Shown here piece by piece: positions 19,228 to 28,106 of a stretch of DNA of 41,013 nucleotides. The stretch comes from a virus (Duplodnaviria; Caudoviricetes), in the IMG/VR virus record IMGVR_UViG_3300020045_007779, positions 1 through 41,013 of that record. The stretch is one strand, 5' to 3'. The notes beneath the pieces were generated by a model. It saw nothing but the letters and a program-made list of their open reading frames with translations. It searched no databases and was not told the DNA's origin. Position numbers and translations under genes: made by a program. Numbering within the stretch: position 1 is the first letter of the stretch; each line of letters begins with the position of its first letter.

Positions 19228-19586
19228 AATTCTTTTTGATTAACTGTAAAGTATAAGTTTTGAAGTTGATGGACAAATTCAATGTTTTCAACATAAAGCG
19301 AACCTCCAAATCTATCATAAATCTTAACTTGTTTATTACTTGGATAATAAGTAAAATTATTAAATACATAGTTTTCAATTCCATGTTTATGATTCTTTTC
19401 AAATCCAAATTTTAACATCCATTCTTCAGTAATTGGAACGCCTTCAAAAGATTCTGTTTCAATCCAAGTTAATTCTTTATCGTTTTTAACCTCTAATCCA
19501 TTGGATTCGATTTGAATAACTTTGAAAATAGTATCATTCTCAAAGTAATTTACATAATTTCCTATTCTTAATTCTTCTATTTTCAT
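19224..19586 (-). CDS. conserved Bacteroidota-phage hypothetical protein
   Basis: ELRIGNYV...PITEEW.LKFGF...VHQLQNLYF. Confidence 0.7.
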   Translation of the reverse strand: MKIEELRIGNYVNYFENDTIFKVIQIESNGLEVKNDKELTWIETESFEGVPITEEWMLKFGFEKNHKHGIENYVFNNFTYYPSNKQVKIYDRFGGSLYVENIEFVHQLQNLYFTVNQKEL

Positions 19587-20803
19587 ATAACATAGGATTT
19601 AAAAGTTCCCTTCTTTAATGTTTCATTTAATTTGTGATTTGCAAGTGCTAAAGCCATGACTTCGTCATCATGTGAACCTTTTGGAGCTGAATAAGTGATT
19701 CCACCGCGTTCATTTAATCGATATTCATAAATATTTAATTCATGTTTGACTTTCTCCATCCCTCCACCTTTAACCAATTTTAATAATTTTATTTCTTCAT
19801 GTTCTAAAGTGTAAATCAACTCTTGAATAAGTTTCTGTTTATTCGATTCTGTTGTTATCCACCTTTCAATATTGCTTCTAAAACGCTTTTCTAGTCGTTC
19901 GCAAACCGGATCACCAACATTATTAGCCTCAATAAGCATCTTTGTATTGTACTTTTTGAAAATAGTTTCAAATGATGTATCAATTCGATCATAATCAACA
20001 CCAGAAAAACTATTATGAAATACTAATTCTTTCTTTTCGCTGAATACATATTGAACTGTACTATCTGTTTTTCTCGCAATGTCTGCACCTCCATAAGTAT
20101 TTTTGTAACTTGCATACGAATCAAGTGCAAAAAGTTCATTAACTTTACTGAAAACTTCACCACCTGAATCAATAAACTGTGCAAGTGTTTCTTGTAAATA
20201 AAGATTTGTTCCTTGATAGCTTCTAATAATTTCTTTTTCAGTTTCAGGAATAAAAGGATTGTCAAATGTAGTACCTGACAAGTAAACGAACTGATTAGGG
20301 AAGTTAAAAGTATTCAAATACTGCTCATAAAACCAGTTTTTACCTCTTGGAGTGCTTAACATTATCACTTTAGAAGGTGTATAACAGATTTGTTGAACAA
20401 CTTGATTCCACGCATCGTTAGGTAATTTTGCAGCCTCATCTAAAAATATAAAATCAGCATGATTATGACCTCTTAAACCGTCCCATTTGTCATAAGAAAA
20501 GAAAATTATTCTACTTCCATTTATCAAAGTGATTTCTTCACCTGAAATTGAGCCAAAAACAGCAATCCCAAATTTATCTTTTATAGAGTTAAAAATTTCC
20601 TTTGATAGCTTGTAATTTTGTGAAATATAATAAACTTTGCAATTGTTATAATTTAACATTAACATGCAAGCTGCTTCAATAGTTAAATCTGTTTTACCAA
20701 AATTTCTACCACAACAACACACATAATATTTCCATGTGCCAGTCAGGATTGAAAGGCACATTTCTAATTGTTTAGGGTGGAGTGGCTTGGTATGGAATGT
20801 CAC
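19583..20803 (-). CDS. terL: terminase large subunit
   Basis: Walker A GRNFGKT, Walker B FIFLDEAA, STPRG, nuclease GADIA and HDDEVMALALA. Confidence 0.92.
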   Translation of the reverse strand: MTFHTKPLHPKQLEMCLSILTGTWKYYVCCCGRNFGKTDLTIEAACMLMLNYNNCKVYYISQNYKLSKEIFNSIKDKFGIAVFGSISGEEITLINGSRIIFFSYDKWDGLRGHNHADFIFLDEAAKLPNDAWNQVVQQICYTPSKVIMLSTPRGKNWFYEQYLNTFNFPNQFVYLSGTTFDNPFIPETEKEIIRSYQGTNLYLQETLAQFIDSGGEVFSKVNELFALDSYASYKNTYGGADIARKTDSTVQYVFSEKKELVFHNSFSGVDYDRIDTSFETIFKKYNTKMLIEANNVGDPVCERLEKRFRSNIERWITTESNKQKLIQELIYTLEHEEIKLLKLVKGGGMEKVKHELNIYEYRLNERGGITYSAPKGSHDDEVMALALANHKLNETLKKGTFKSYVI

Positions 20804-21240
20804 TATTTAGCTTTGTTAAAATCAATTTCTACTATTTTTCCATCGGTACCCACTAAAGCGAAGTTTGAATTAGCTAGTTTTTGAAATTTCTCCTTAACTT
20901 CTTCTGGCGCAAACATTTCTTTCATTAAAACGGATGCTTTAACTAAAACACTTGCTGCATTTGCATTATTATCCTCTTCAATCATTCGCATGCAGTTCTT
21001 ACATACAAAATCAAGATACTCGTAAGTATCTTGAATGATTTGCTTTGCATGTGGTTTCATATAAGCAGCTGAATAAGCATAAGATTCGTTAATGATGTCT
21101 TGAGCTTCGTCGACTGTTAATCCAAAATCAGTCCTTAACTTTTTTATTGCGTTTGGCTTCGTTAATTGGAGTTTCATTGTCTCCAGATACTTCTCCATTA
21201 TCTGATCCTTCGATAGGTTGAATTTGTTCGATTCTTTCAT
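20803..21240 (-). CDS. putative terminase small subunit
   Basis: Helical 145-aa ORF immediately upstream of terL; called by position only. Confidence 0.45.
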   Translation of the reverse strand: MKESNKFNLSKDQIMEKYLETMKLQLTKPNAIKKLRTDFGLTVDEAQDIINESYAYSAAYMKPHAKQIIQDTYEYLDFVCKNCMRMIEEDNNANAASVLVKASVLMKEMFAPEEVKEKFQKLANSNFALVGTDGKIVEIDFNKAK

Positions 21241-21463
21241 TTTCTAATTTAGTTAAATCGTTCTTGATTCTGTTAATGTTTTGAAATGCAATTCTTTGCA
21301 TGCAAGTTCTTGAGCATCTAGTATCTTCTGACTTGTTGTAAGTAGCATTTAACCACTTAATTACTTCTTCTTGAGTGTACTCTTTGCCATCACTTAATAC
21401 TTTAGGAATTACTCTGCTGCAATGAATTGCGTTAAAGTATTCTAATGCGAGATTATGATTCAT
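21128..21463 (-). CDS. hypothetical protein
   Basis: First ORF after the promoter; CxxxC motif; overlaps the next ORF by 113 nt. Confidence 0.55.
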   Translation of the reverse strand: MNHNLALEYFNAIHCSRVIPKVLSDGKEYTQEEVIKWLNATYNKSEDTRCSRTCMQRIAFQNINRIKNDLTKLENERIEQIQPIEGSDNGEVSGDNETPINEAKRNKKVKD

Positions 21464-21479
21464 AATTTATAATTTTTGG

Positions 21480-21487
21480 CAAATATA
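21480..21487 (-). promoter_or_regulatory. -7 box TATATTTG for the terminase operon
   Basis: Exact match in an intergenic gap. Confidence 0.6.
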
Positions 21488-21509
21488 AATGAAAAATTAA
21501 CACCCATCC

Positions 21510-21863
21510 TCAGGAATTGTATTTTTTTGAATAATCATCATCTAATTCTTGTAAATATTTATAAGCATCTAATAATTCTGTAAAAAATCTAACTTGTTTA
21601 TCTCCCTTTTTTACAGAATATCCAAATTCTTTAGTATAGATATTTTTTTCTGCAAATACATTATAGCCTTTTTGATTTGCTAGATATCTAACATTTTCAA
21701 TGGATATTGCCTTGCTCACAAAGCATTCTTTTTCACCTTCGAAGTGTAAGCCGCCTTCAATAAGTTTTACCCTTGTATTCGGGTCCAAAGTGCTCAAATC
21801 AATGTTTAACTCCTTTGCTTTTTGCAGGATTAAAGGAGCTTTTAATAGGTTTTTAATTTTCAT
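21510..21863 (-). CDS. hypothetical protein
   Basis: C-terminal domain similar to the repeats in 25571..26104. Confidence 0.6.
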   Translation of the reverse strand: MKIKNLLKAPLILQKAKELNIDLSTLDPNTRVKLIEGGLHFEGEKECFVSKAISIENVRYLANQKGYNVFAEKNIYTKEFGYSVKKGDKQVRFFTELLDAYKYLQELDDDYSKKYNS

Positions 21864-22018
21864 GATAACTTTTTTATAGTTAAATAAACGTGTAATAAAA
21901 TTAATAATATTGAAGCATAAAACAAAAATGGATATGTTTTTACTCCAGTTTTTTTAGCAAAATACATATTAGTTGTTGTAAATAATAGTATTAATATTGC
22001 AATAATATTATTTTTCAT
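21860..22018 (-). CDS. 52-aa membrane peptide (not in ORF track)
   Basis: MKNNIIAILILLF...; ATGA overlaps at both ends. Confidence 0.5.
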   Translation of the reverse strand: MKNNIIAILILLFTTTNMYFAKKTGVKTYPFLFYASILLILLHVYLTIKKLS

Positions 22019-22536
22019 TTTCTACCAGTTAATAAATAAAATTCTTTACTTGTAATTTCAATTAAATCATTGTGTTCAATCTTAAAATTTTTATCTAAAT
22101 ATAAACATAATATTTCATTCTCTTTTGAAAAATCAATAAAAGGATAAGAAAAAGGCACACCTTCAGGAATAGTATATTCAAAAAAATCTAATAAGTCAAA
22201 ATATCTAAAATTTGGTAACTCATATAAAAATTTACGTAGAATTGCACCGTTTTTACTTCTTTGATTCGGGATTACATATTCTTTAAGGTCTTCTCTTTTT
22301 TCATTTACCCACATTTTATTTTGATTGAGTTTTTCAGGCTCTAAAAATAAAAAACCAGTATAAAGGGTACATCTATGGTATTTTTGAGGTGGATAACATA
22401 ATGCATTTTCAAATTTAGAACCTGCAAACTCCATTATTTTAATTTTGTTTGATTCTTCAATTTCGATTTCTTTTTTTCGTTGTTCTGATAGCTTTTTATA
22501 AAGTTCAGAATCTTTATTTTCTATTTTATAGTACAT
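22015..22536 (-). CDS. hypothetical protein
   Basis: Coupled 173-aa ORF. Confidence 0.65.
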   Translation of the reverse strand: MYYKIENKDSELYKKLSEQRKKEIEIEESNKIKIMEFAGSKFENALCYPPQKYHRCTLYTGFLFLEPEKLNQNKMWVNEKREDLKEYVIPNQRSKNGAILRKFLYELPNFRYFDLLDFFEYTIPEGVPFSYPFIDFSKENEILCLYLDKNFKIEHNDLIEITSKEFYLLTGRK

Positions 22537-22537
22537 T

Positions 22538-23146
22538 TTACAAATTATTAATAATCTTATTATACATTTTATGCAAACTAATTACATCTTTTTCGCAATA
22601 GGTTTTTATCCTATCAATTTCACCATTCCAAAAAGCAGAATGTACTTGCGACCCGTCAATGTCGTCCTTAGGGCTTTCGATACCTAGAAAAACACATGCA
22701 GAATTGAATTTGCAACTATTAAAGCCGTTTTGTTTCCAGATTTCCTGCAAATCTAACACTTTAACCAACCAAGGTTTTTTTATTTCCTCTGCTTTCGGGT
22801 CCCATAAGCTCAAAATAGGTGGAATTTTTAAATCATTTTTAAGAAAGTGTTTATTCAAAAAAGGAATATCAAAACCTTTTATATTCCATCCACAAGGTGT
22901 ATAACCTACAAATCCTCTGAAAATTCTATGGATTTCATGTAATGAAGTTTCAGTTTTAAGAACCAATTCATTTTGGAATTCATAAGCAAAAGTACAACAA
23001 ACAATTTGACCAAATTCAGGAATTAAAGCACATTCGCTTTCGTAGTCTTTTCCAGTTAATTTCCATGCGTCCTGCATTTCTGCAGTTAAATTTTCAAAAA
23101 CGGCCGCTATTCCAGCCGTTTCGATGTCAAAAAATAGTGGCTTCAT
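22538..23146 (-). CDS. PolB-like 3'-5' exonuclease (DEDDy)
   Basis: FDIET, GWNIKGFDIPFL and YCEKDV. Confidence 0.85.
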   Translation of the reverse strand: MKPLFFDIETAGIAAVFENLTAEMQDAWKLTGKDYESECALIPEFGQIVCCTFAYEFQNELVLKTETSLHEIHRIFRGFVGYTPCGWNIKGFDIPFLNKHFLKNDLKIPPILSLWDPKAEEIKKPWLVKVLDLQEIWKQNGFNSCKFNSACVFLGIESPKDDIDGSQVHSAFWNGEIDRIKTYCEKDVISLHKMYNKIINNL

Positions 23147-23307
23147 GATAATTCTAAATATTGCATGTTAAAATGTCTTTCTTTACCATAACCTTTTGCA
23201 GCGCAATAATGATCGTTATAAATCTTTGTAATAGTTAAAATAAATCCACCTAAATCACCTTTAGTTTTTACTTTATCTCCAACTTTAAACTTTTCTGTAT
23301 TTTTCAT
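23143..23307 (-). CDS. 54-aa SH3/KOW-like protein (not in ORF track)
   Basis: KFKVGDKVK...LTITKI; ATGA overlaps at both ends. Confidence 0.6.
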   Translation of the reverse strand: MKNTEKFKVGDKVKTKGDLGGFILTITKIYNDHYCAAKGYGKERHFNMQYLELS

Positions 23308-23969
23308 ATCTCAAAAGGTGCGTTTTCTCCTAAATGTGCGTTTTTATTACTTTCTCCATAAACTTTTAATTTCCCTAAAACGTTTTTTAACTCGTTTTGA
23401 TGCGATGTAATGAATTTTCTTGATTCTATTACTAATTGAATAAGTTCGTCTATAATATGTTGGTTAAAATCGATTTGGTAAGCAAACCAGCGTTGTTCAT
23501 CTGGCAAACTTTCATAATTTGTTTCGTTAAATCCAATTTCAATTGGAGTATCCATTAAACCATAAAACAAAATAGATTTAGATTTCTTAAACAAGTGCAT
23601 GTAAATTTGAAGTTGCAAATAATACATCATTGGAACAGGATCTAAAACATGATCATGTAAAGTTTTAATGTTCCAAGGGCTTTTTACATCAATTATACAG
23701 TCATTCAAAACAATGTCAGGACATCCAGTAAAGTAATCGTCCTCTTTTTGCTCTTGATTTTTACTTAAAAAACCCAAATCTAAAACTTTTGCAGCAAATT
23801 CAATACATTCTTCTTCAACTGTACTCCCTTTTGCAAAGTATTTTGATCTGATTTGTTCATTGTCACCTGCAACATATTCTTTCAAGTAAGTTTTTGCAGT
23901 TTCTGTTAAAATCCATCTTTTTGAATAGATTTTATAAGCTTGTGATGCTCGAATTTTGAATAAACTCAT
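23304..23969 (-). CDS. YqaJ/lambda-type recombination exonuclease
   Basis: RAS, G...E, GCPD...DVKSPW and QLQ.YM motifs. Confidence 0.85.
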   Translation of the reverse strand: MSLFKIRASQAYKIYSKRWILTETAKTYLKEYVAGDNEQIRSKYFAKGSTVEEECIEFAAKVLDLGFLSKNQEQKEDDYFTGCPDIVLNDCIIDVKSPWNIKTLHDHVLDPVPMMYYLQLQIYMHLFKKSKSILFYGLMDTPIEIGFNETNYESLPDEQRWFAYQIDFNQHIIDELIQLVIESRKFITSHQNELKNVLGKLKVYGESNKNAHLGENAPFEI

Positions 23970-24487
23970 GGTTTTAATAAAGCCTCCTCAACTTCTTTGC
24001 TTACAATGTATTTTAGTTTTATTTGATCCATAGTGTAACCGTTTGCAATTCCTTTTTTGCAGTTTTTGAAGTTTTCGGAATCAATTTCTAATTTTGGAAG
24101 TGTAAAAGATTCATTTATTCGAATTCCTCCAACAACTTGACCCATCATTTTAATAGTTGGATCAAAAAACAATTCAATCTTTAACCCTACCCAGTTTTTT
24201 AAATTCCTAGACTCTGCTGTAGTCAAGTTTTTAGCAATCTTTACTAAATTACTAATTACTTTTCGATTAGTTGAATTTACAACCATATCTTTAATTTCAG
24301 GCTCTTCAAATGAAATAAAGTAAGCATCTGTTTTATTTCCTGAAACATTTACTTTGTCTTGATAATAAGCCTCCTTAATTGTCAATATGCATTTTTTCTT
24401 TTCTAATTGAATTGTTTCAACGTCAATCCCTGCTAAGTGAGTAGATTTACGATGTTTCATGCAATCGATATCATTTTCTTTTGCCAT
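23966..24487 (-). CDS. putative single-strand annealing / ssDNA-binding protein
   Basis: Coupled to the exonuclease; N.TN...I...W.G.KI.L; C-terminal TMDQIK.KY tail. Confidence 0.5.
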   Translation of the reverse strand: MAKENDIDCMKHRKSTHLAGIDVETIQLEKKKCILTIKEAYYQDKVNVSGNKTDAYFISFEEPEIKDMVVNSTNRKVISNLVKIAKNLTTAESRNLKNWVGLKIELFFDPTIKMMGQVVGGIRINESFTLPKLEIDSENFKNCKKGIANGYTMDQIKLKYIVSKEVEEALLKP

Positions 24488-24511
24488 CTTTTGTTTTAAT
24501 TAAATTACTTG

Positions 24512-24599
24512 AGCGTTTAATGAGATTCGAACCCATGAAACCGACTAAGGTACTAGATTTTTATCTAGTTCAACTGCCCTACTGTTGACCCCTAAACGC
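24512..24599 (-). ncRNA. atypical tRNA-like RNA (6-nt anticodon loop, long variable arm)
   Basis: GCGTTTA/TAAACGC acceptor; ATGGG-TTCGAAT-CTCAT T-arm; CTAGA-TAAAAA-TCTAG. Confidence 0.65.
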
Positions 24600-24683
24600 T
24601 ACCTATTTTTTGATCGCAAGAAATATAACTTTAAGTTTCTGACGGTACACTTATAAACCCTTAACTTGTCTTTCCAAGTGTCG

Positions 24684-24766
24684 TGGTCGGAGTAGGATTC
24701 GAACCTACAAAAGAGATCAACCTTTTCAGTCTTCCGACTTAGTGCCTGCCAATACACCACCCGACC
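24684..24766 (-). ncRNA. atypical tRNA-like RNA (GGAA tetraloop at the anticodon position)
   Basis: GGTCGGG/TCCGACC acceptor; GTGT/GCAC D-arm; GTAGG-TTCGAAT-CCTAC T-arm. Confidence 0.7.
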
Positions 24767-24778
24767 ATTTCAATGACA

Positions 24779-24785
24779 CAAAGTA
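24779..24785 (-). promoter_or_regulatory. -7 box TACTTTG driving the tRNA-like/recombination operon
   Basis: 12 nt upstream of the first tRNA-like element. Confidence 0.55.
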
Positions 24786-24909
24786 ACGTCGCTTTTTTTA
24801 TTTATCCTAATTTCTTGTAAGATTTTTTTATTGAATAATTTTATTAACCTCATTTTCAATGACTTAAATTTTTATTTTTCTAAGAATTTTTTATTTCTTA
24901 AAATAGCCG

Positions 24910-24917
24910 TATATTTG
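24910..24917 (+). promoter_or_regulatory. -7 box TATATTTG 5 nt before ATG 24923
   Basis: Exact match; near-IHF site TTTCAATGACTTA at 24854..24866. Confidence 0.65.
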
Positions 24918-24922
24918 CAGCC

Positions 24923-25195
24923 ATGAAAACAAGACAAGAAATTCAAAAAGAGGCAAATGAAATATATTTTGCTATAAAAGAAATTATAATGTTAAATGAC
25001 GGGAGAAATAGTTGTCAAAGTTGGTGGTTAAATACTAGAAATTTTGATCTGAAATCTAAATTAAAAACGCCTCAAATAGTTCAAAGATGTAAATTATTAG
25101 TAAAACAAGGTTATTTAACGATTGATAAAAATAATACTGCATCGCATAAAGGGACTTGTTTTAAGCTTACAGATAAAATATTAGAAAATGAATAA
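24923..25195 (+). CDS. putative winged-helix DNA-binding protein
   Basis: QIVQRCKLLVKQGYL...FKLT pattern. Confidence 0.5.
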   Translation: MKTRQEIQKEANEIYFAIKEIIMLNDGRNSCQSWWLNTRNFDLKSKLKTPQIVQRCKLLVKQGYLTIDKNNTASHKGTCFKLTDKILENE

Positions 25196-25574
25196 AACCC
25201 AATTACTCACCCACCACGATTGCAAGCTTTACGATTTAAGCGATCCAAAAGACATGCATCGAATGAATATGAATCTACAGTACCACAACAAGAAAGGCAC
25301 TGAACCCACATTTAAGCTTATTGCACCGTTTGGACATCCTATGGAGTACAAAGCAGATTATTACTATTTTGAGAATGAAAATACTCAAATCTCAGAACAG
25401 ATTTTTAGGGAGATGGGGTTTGAATATCACAAAGTAATTAATATAATGTCATTAAATGTTAAAATTAATTGCTTTACTATTGAATGGGACTTTGTTCATT
25501 TTTATTTGAATTTACAACCATTAAAACAACTCAACGCAAATCAACTATTCACACTAATTCAACTGTTAAAATGA
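25188..25574 (+). CDS. hypothetical protein
   Basis: ISEQIFREMGFE...NQLFTL resembles 19224..19586. Confidence 0.6.
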   Translation: MNKTQLLTHHDCKLYDLSDPKDMHRMNMNLQYHNKKGTEPTFKLIAPFGHPMEYKADYYYFENENTQISEQIFREMGFEYHKVINIMSLNVKINCFTIEWDFVHFYLNLQPLKQLNANQLFTLIQLLK

Positions 25575-26104
25575 TAAAAGTAGAAGAAAACAAACATTAT
25601 CACTTTGAGCTTTACGAAGGCAAGGGATTCAATGCAAAAGTATTGGAAATTAAAGATGTGAAAATCAAATTATCTAATAAAGAAACTATTGAGTTTAAGG
25701 ATATTCAAAGCGTTTTGGAATACTGGCCTTATGAGGAACCTACTTTTTATGAAGTTGAATTTATTGCTAAAAAAGCAGGATATAAACTAGTAGAAAGAAC
25801 TATTCTAGAAAGACACTACGATTGTTTAGATCAATATGCAATTATATCAGAATATGAAACAGTAAGTTTTGATTATTTAATTGAAATAGTTGAATATTTG
25901 AAAGATGTTAACTTTACAGTAATTACTAAAGAACTTACATTTGAGGACGTTAAAAAGCTTGCAAATGAGAATGGTTATGAGTTAAAAAAACACAAAAAAA
26001 AAGGATATAAAGAATATTATATGCTCTATTCAAAAGAAATTGAAGAAACAAAAACACCATTTCATACCTTACAAGAAGTTGCAGCATATTTTTATCCGTT
26101 TTAA
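25571..26104 (+). CDS. hypothetical protein with a duplicated C-terminal domain
   Basis: Start moved to MIKVEE (ATGA overlap). Confidence 0.65.
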   Translation: MIKVEENKHYHFELYEGKGFNAKVLEIKDVKIKLSNKETIEFKDIQSVLEYWPYEEPTFYEVEFIAKKAGYKLVERTILERHYDCLDQYAIISEYETVSFDYLIEIVEYLKDVNFTVITKELTFEDVKKLANENGYELKKHKKKGYKEYYMLYSKEIEETKTPFHTLQEVAAYFYPF

Positions 26105-26106
26105 TT

Positions 26107-26646
26107 ATGAGTATATTAACAGGTTCGCAAATCCTAAAAAATGCAAAGGAAGGTAATATTATAATCGTTCCTTTTGATCCAAATGCACTTGGTACAAACT
26201 CCTATGATGTACACTTAAGCAAATATTTTGCAGTTTACAAAGATGTTGTTTTAGATGCTAAAATAGATAATGAAATTCAACATTTTTGCATTCCTGAAAA
26301 AGGCTATGAGTTAATACCAGGCGTTTTATATTTAGCAACAACTGTTGAATATACAGAAACGCATAAACACGTCCCTTATTTGGAAGGCAAAAGTTCAACA
26401 GGTAGATTAGGAATTCAAATTCATGTAACAGCAGGCAAAGGAGATGCAGGATTCTGCAATTGGTGGACTCTTGAATTAGTAGTGACTCAACCCGTAATAG
26501 TTTATCCAGGTATGCCAATTGGACAGATTAGTTATTTTACAATCGAGGGAGAAAATTCAAACCCTTACGATAAAAAGCAAAACGCAAAATATAATCAAAA
26601 AGATTTTAGGCCGCAAAGTTCAAAAATGTTTAAAAATAAATGGTAA
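26107..26646 (+). CDS. dcd: dCTP deaminase
   Basis: NSYDVHL, EGKSSTGRLG, GDAGF...TLE and PGMPIGQ. Confidence 0.92.
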   Translation: MSILTGSQILKNAKEGNIIIVPFDPNALGTNSYDVHLSKYFAVYKDVVLDAKIDNEIQHFCIPEKGYELIPGVLYLATTVEYTETHKHVPYLEGKSSTGRLGIQIHVTAGKGDAGFCNWWTLELVVTQPVIVYPGMPIGQISYFTIEGENSNPYDKKQNAKYNQKDFRPQSSKMFKNKW

Positions 26647-26647
26647 A

Positions 26648-27529
26648 ATGAAACAATATCACAAACTACTTACAGAAATCCTAGCTTCAGGAACGAAAAA
26701 AGAAGCCGCAAGAGAAGGGCAAATTCCAACTTATTCACTTTTTGGAGAAATGATCAAATTCGATTTAAGCAAAGGTTTTCCAATGGTGACAACTAAAGAA
26801 GTTAATTTCAAAAATATTGTAGTTGAGTTGCTTTGGTTTCTCAAAGGTCGAACCGACTTGAATTATTTAGTTGAAAATGGCTGCAATATTTGGAATAAAG
26901 ATTTTTATAGAGCTTGGGAACATAACGACAAGTTTTCATTAAATGAATTTATTGAATCAGTTAGAAAAAACGAATTTATTTATTCAGGTGGTCCAATTTA
27001 CGGGCATCAATGGAGAAATTTGCCAAATAATGATCAAATAGTAAATCTAATTGAAGGACTTATAAACGAACCAAATTCAAGAAGGCATATTGTTGAGTGT
27101 TGGAACGTTTCAGACCTTAAAAACATGGTTTTACCGCCTTGTCATAAAGGTTTTCAAATGAATGTTAGAGGGCGCAAATTGGATTGCAAAGTTGAAATGC
27201 GTTCATGTGATTTTTTTATTGGTTTTCCGTATAATTTGGCTTCTTACGCTTTATTAACTCATATCATTGCGTTTTATTGTGATTATGAAGTTGGAAATTT
27301 AATCTTTTCATTTGGCGATGTTCATGTTTATGAAAATCATATTGAGCAAGTGCAGGAACAAATCCAAAGGGCGCCAAAAGAATTGCCAAGACTTCAGATT
27401 GCATTAACTTGGACTCAAACTGATTTACTTGCATTTGATTTTCTTGATTCTCTTTCAATTGAAGATTTTACCCTAGAAAACTACAACCCACACCCACAAA
27501 TTAAAGCACCGTTAAACGTTGGAAAATGA
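26648..27529 (+). CDS. thyA: thymidylate synthase
   Basis: ELLWFLKG, GPIYG.QWR, LPPCH, RSCD...G.PYN and GDVHVYENH; start at MKQYH. Confidence 0.95.
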   Translation: MKQYHKLLTEILASGTKKEAAREGQIPTYSLFGEMIKFDLSKGFPMVTTKEVNFKNIVVELLWFLKGRTDLNYLVENGCNIWNKDFYRAWEHNDKFSLNEFIESVRKNEFIYSGGPIYGHQWRNLPNNDQIVNLIEGLINEPNSRRHIVECWNVSDLKNMVLPPCHKGFQMNVRGRKLDCKVEMRSCDFFIGFPYNLASYALLTHIIAFYCDYEVGNLIFSFGDVHVYENHIEQVQEQIQRAPKELPRLQIALTWTQTDLLAFDFLDSLSIEDFTLENYNPHPQIKAPLNVGK

Positions 27530-27735
27530 AAATCAAAAAAGAAAAGACTAAATTAGAGTATTTTGTTTTGAAAGTTGCATATCATAATTTTTTCAAAAGA
27601 AAAAACATTAGAATGAAAGGAGTAAAAACGAATTATAAAGTAGGCAAAAAGACAATCCGAAAAATTAAAAGATATCAGCAATTAGTAATGTTACATCAAA
27701 AATATTTAAGATCAATTAATTATCTAAAAGAATGA
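27526..27735 (+). CDS. small basic hypothetical protein
   Basis: ATGA overlaps at both ends. Confidence 0.5.
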   Translation: MKIKKEKTKLEYFVLKVAYHNFFKRKNIRMKGVKTNYKVGKKTIRKIKRYQQLVMLHQKYLRSINYLKE

Positions 27736-28106
27736 AAGAACAAGTAAACCAACCTACTCACTACAATACTCAATCAATACCATGTCATAAAATCAATTCT
27801 TTGTACTTAGGAAACGTTTCTAACGTGATTAAATATATTTGGAGGTGTGAACATAAAGGAAACAAATTACAGGACCTGCAAAAGGCTGCATTTTATTGCA
27901 AACTTGAATTAGATAAAATGTTTGATTTAGAAATTTCTGAATTTTGGTGTGATCATTGGAGTTATGGAGTATTTTTTAGTGATAATGATTTGGATTTTGG
28001 AGGTAATCTCAATATTGCAATGAGTAATATTTGGGGAGGTTACACTAAAAAACGATTAGAAGCTTGTTTAGAGTGTATTAATAAGGAAATTGAAGGATGC
28101 AATTAA
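27732..28106 (+). CDS. DUF3310 (SaV-like) protein
   Basis: VNQPTHY...NVIKYIWR...KG...QDL.KA. Confidence 0.8.
   Translation: MKEQVNQPTHYNTQSIPCHKINSLYLGNVSNVIKYIWRCEHKGNKLQDLQKAAFYCKLELDKMFDLEISEFWCDHWSYGVFFSDNDLDFGGNLNIAMSNIWGGYTKKRLEACLECINKEIEGCN

Noticed and set aside
24512-24766. tRNA-like elements as an attP integration site
   Set aside because: No integrase in the window, and the elements are full cloverleaves rather than 3' fragments.
26107-27529. Base hypermodification pathway
   Set aside because: ThyA keeps the dUMP-specifying Asn (PYN). No glycosyltransferase, kinase or dedicated polymerase was recognised, so ordinary dTTP supply explains it.
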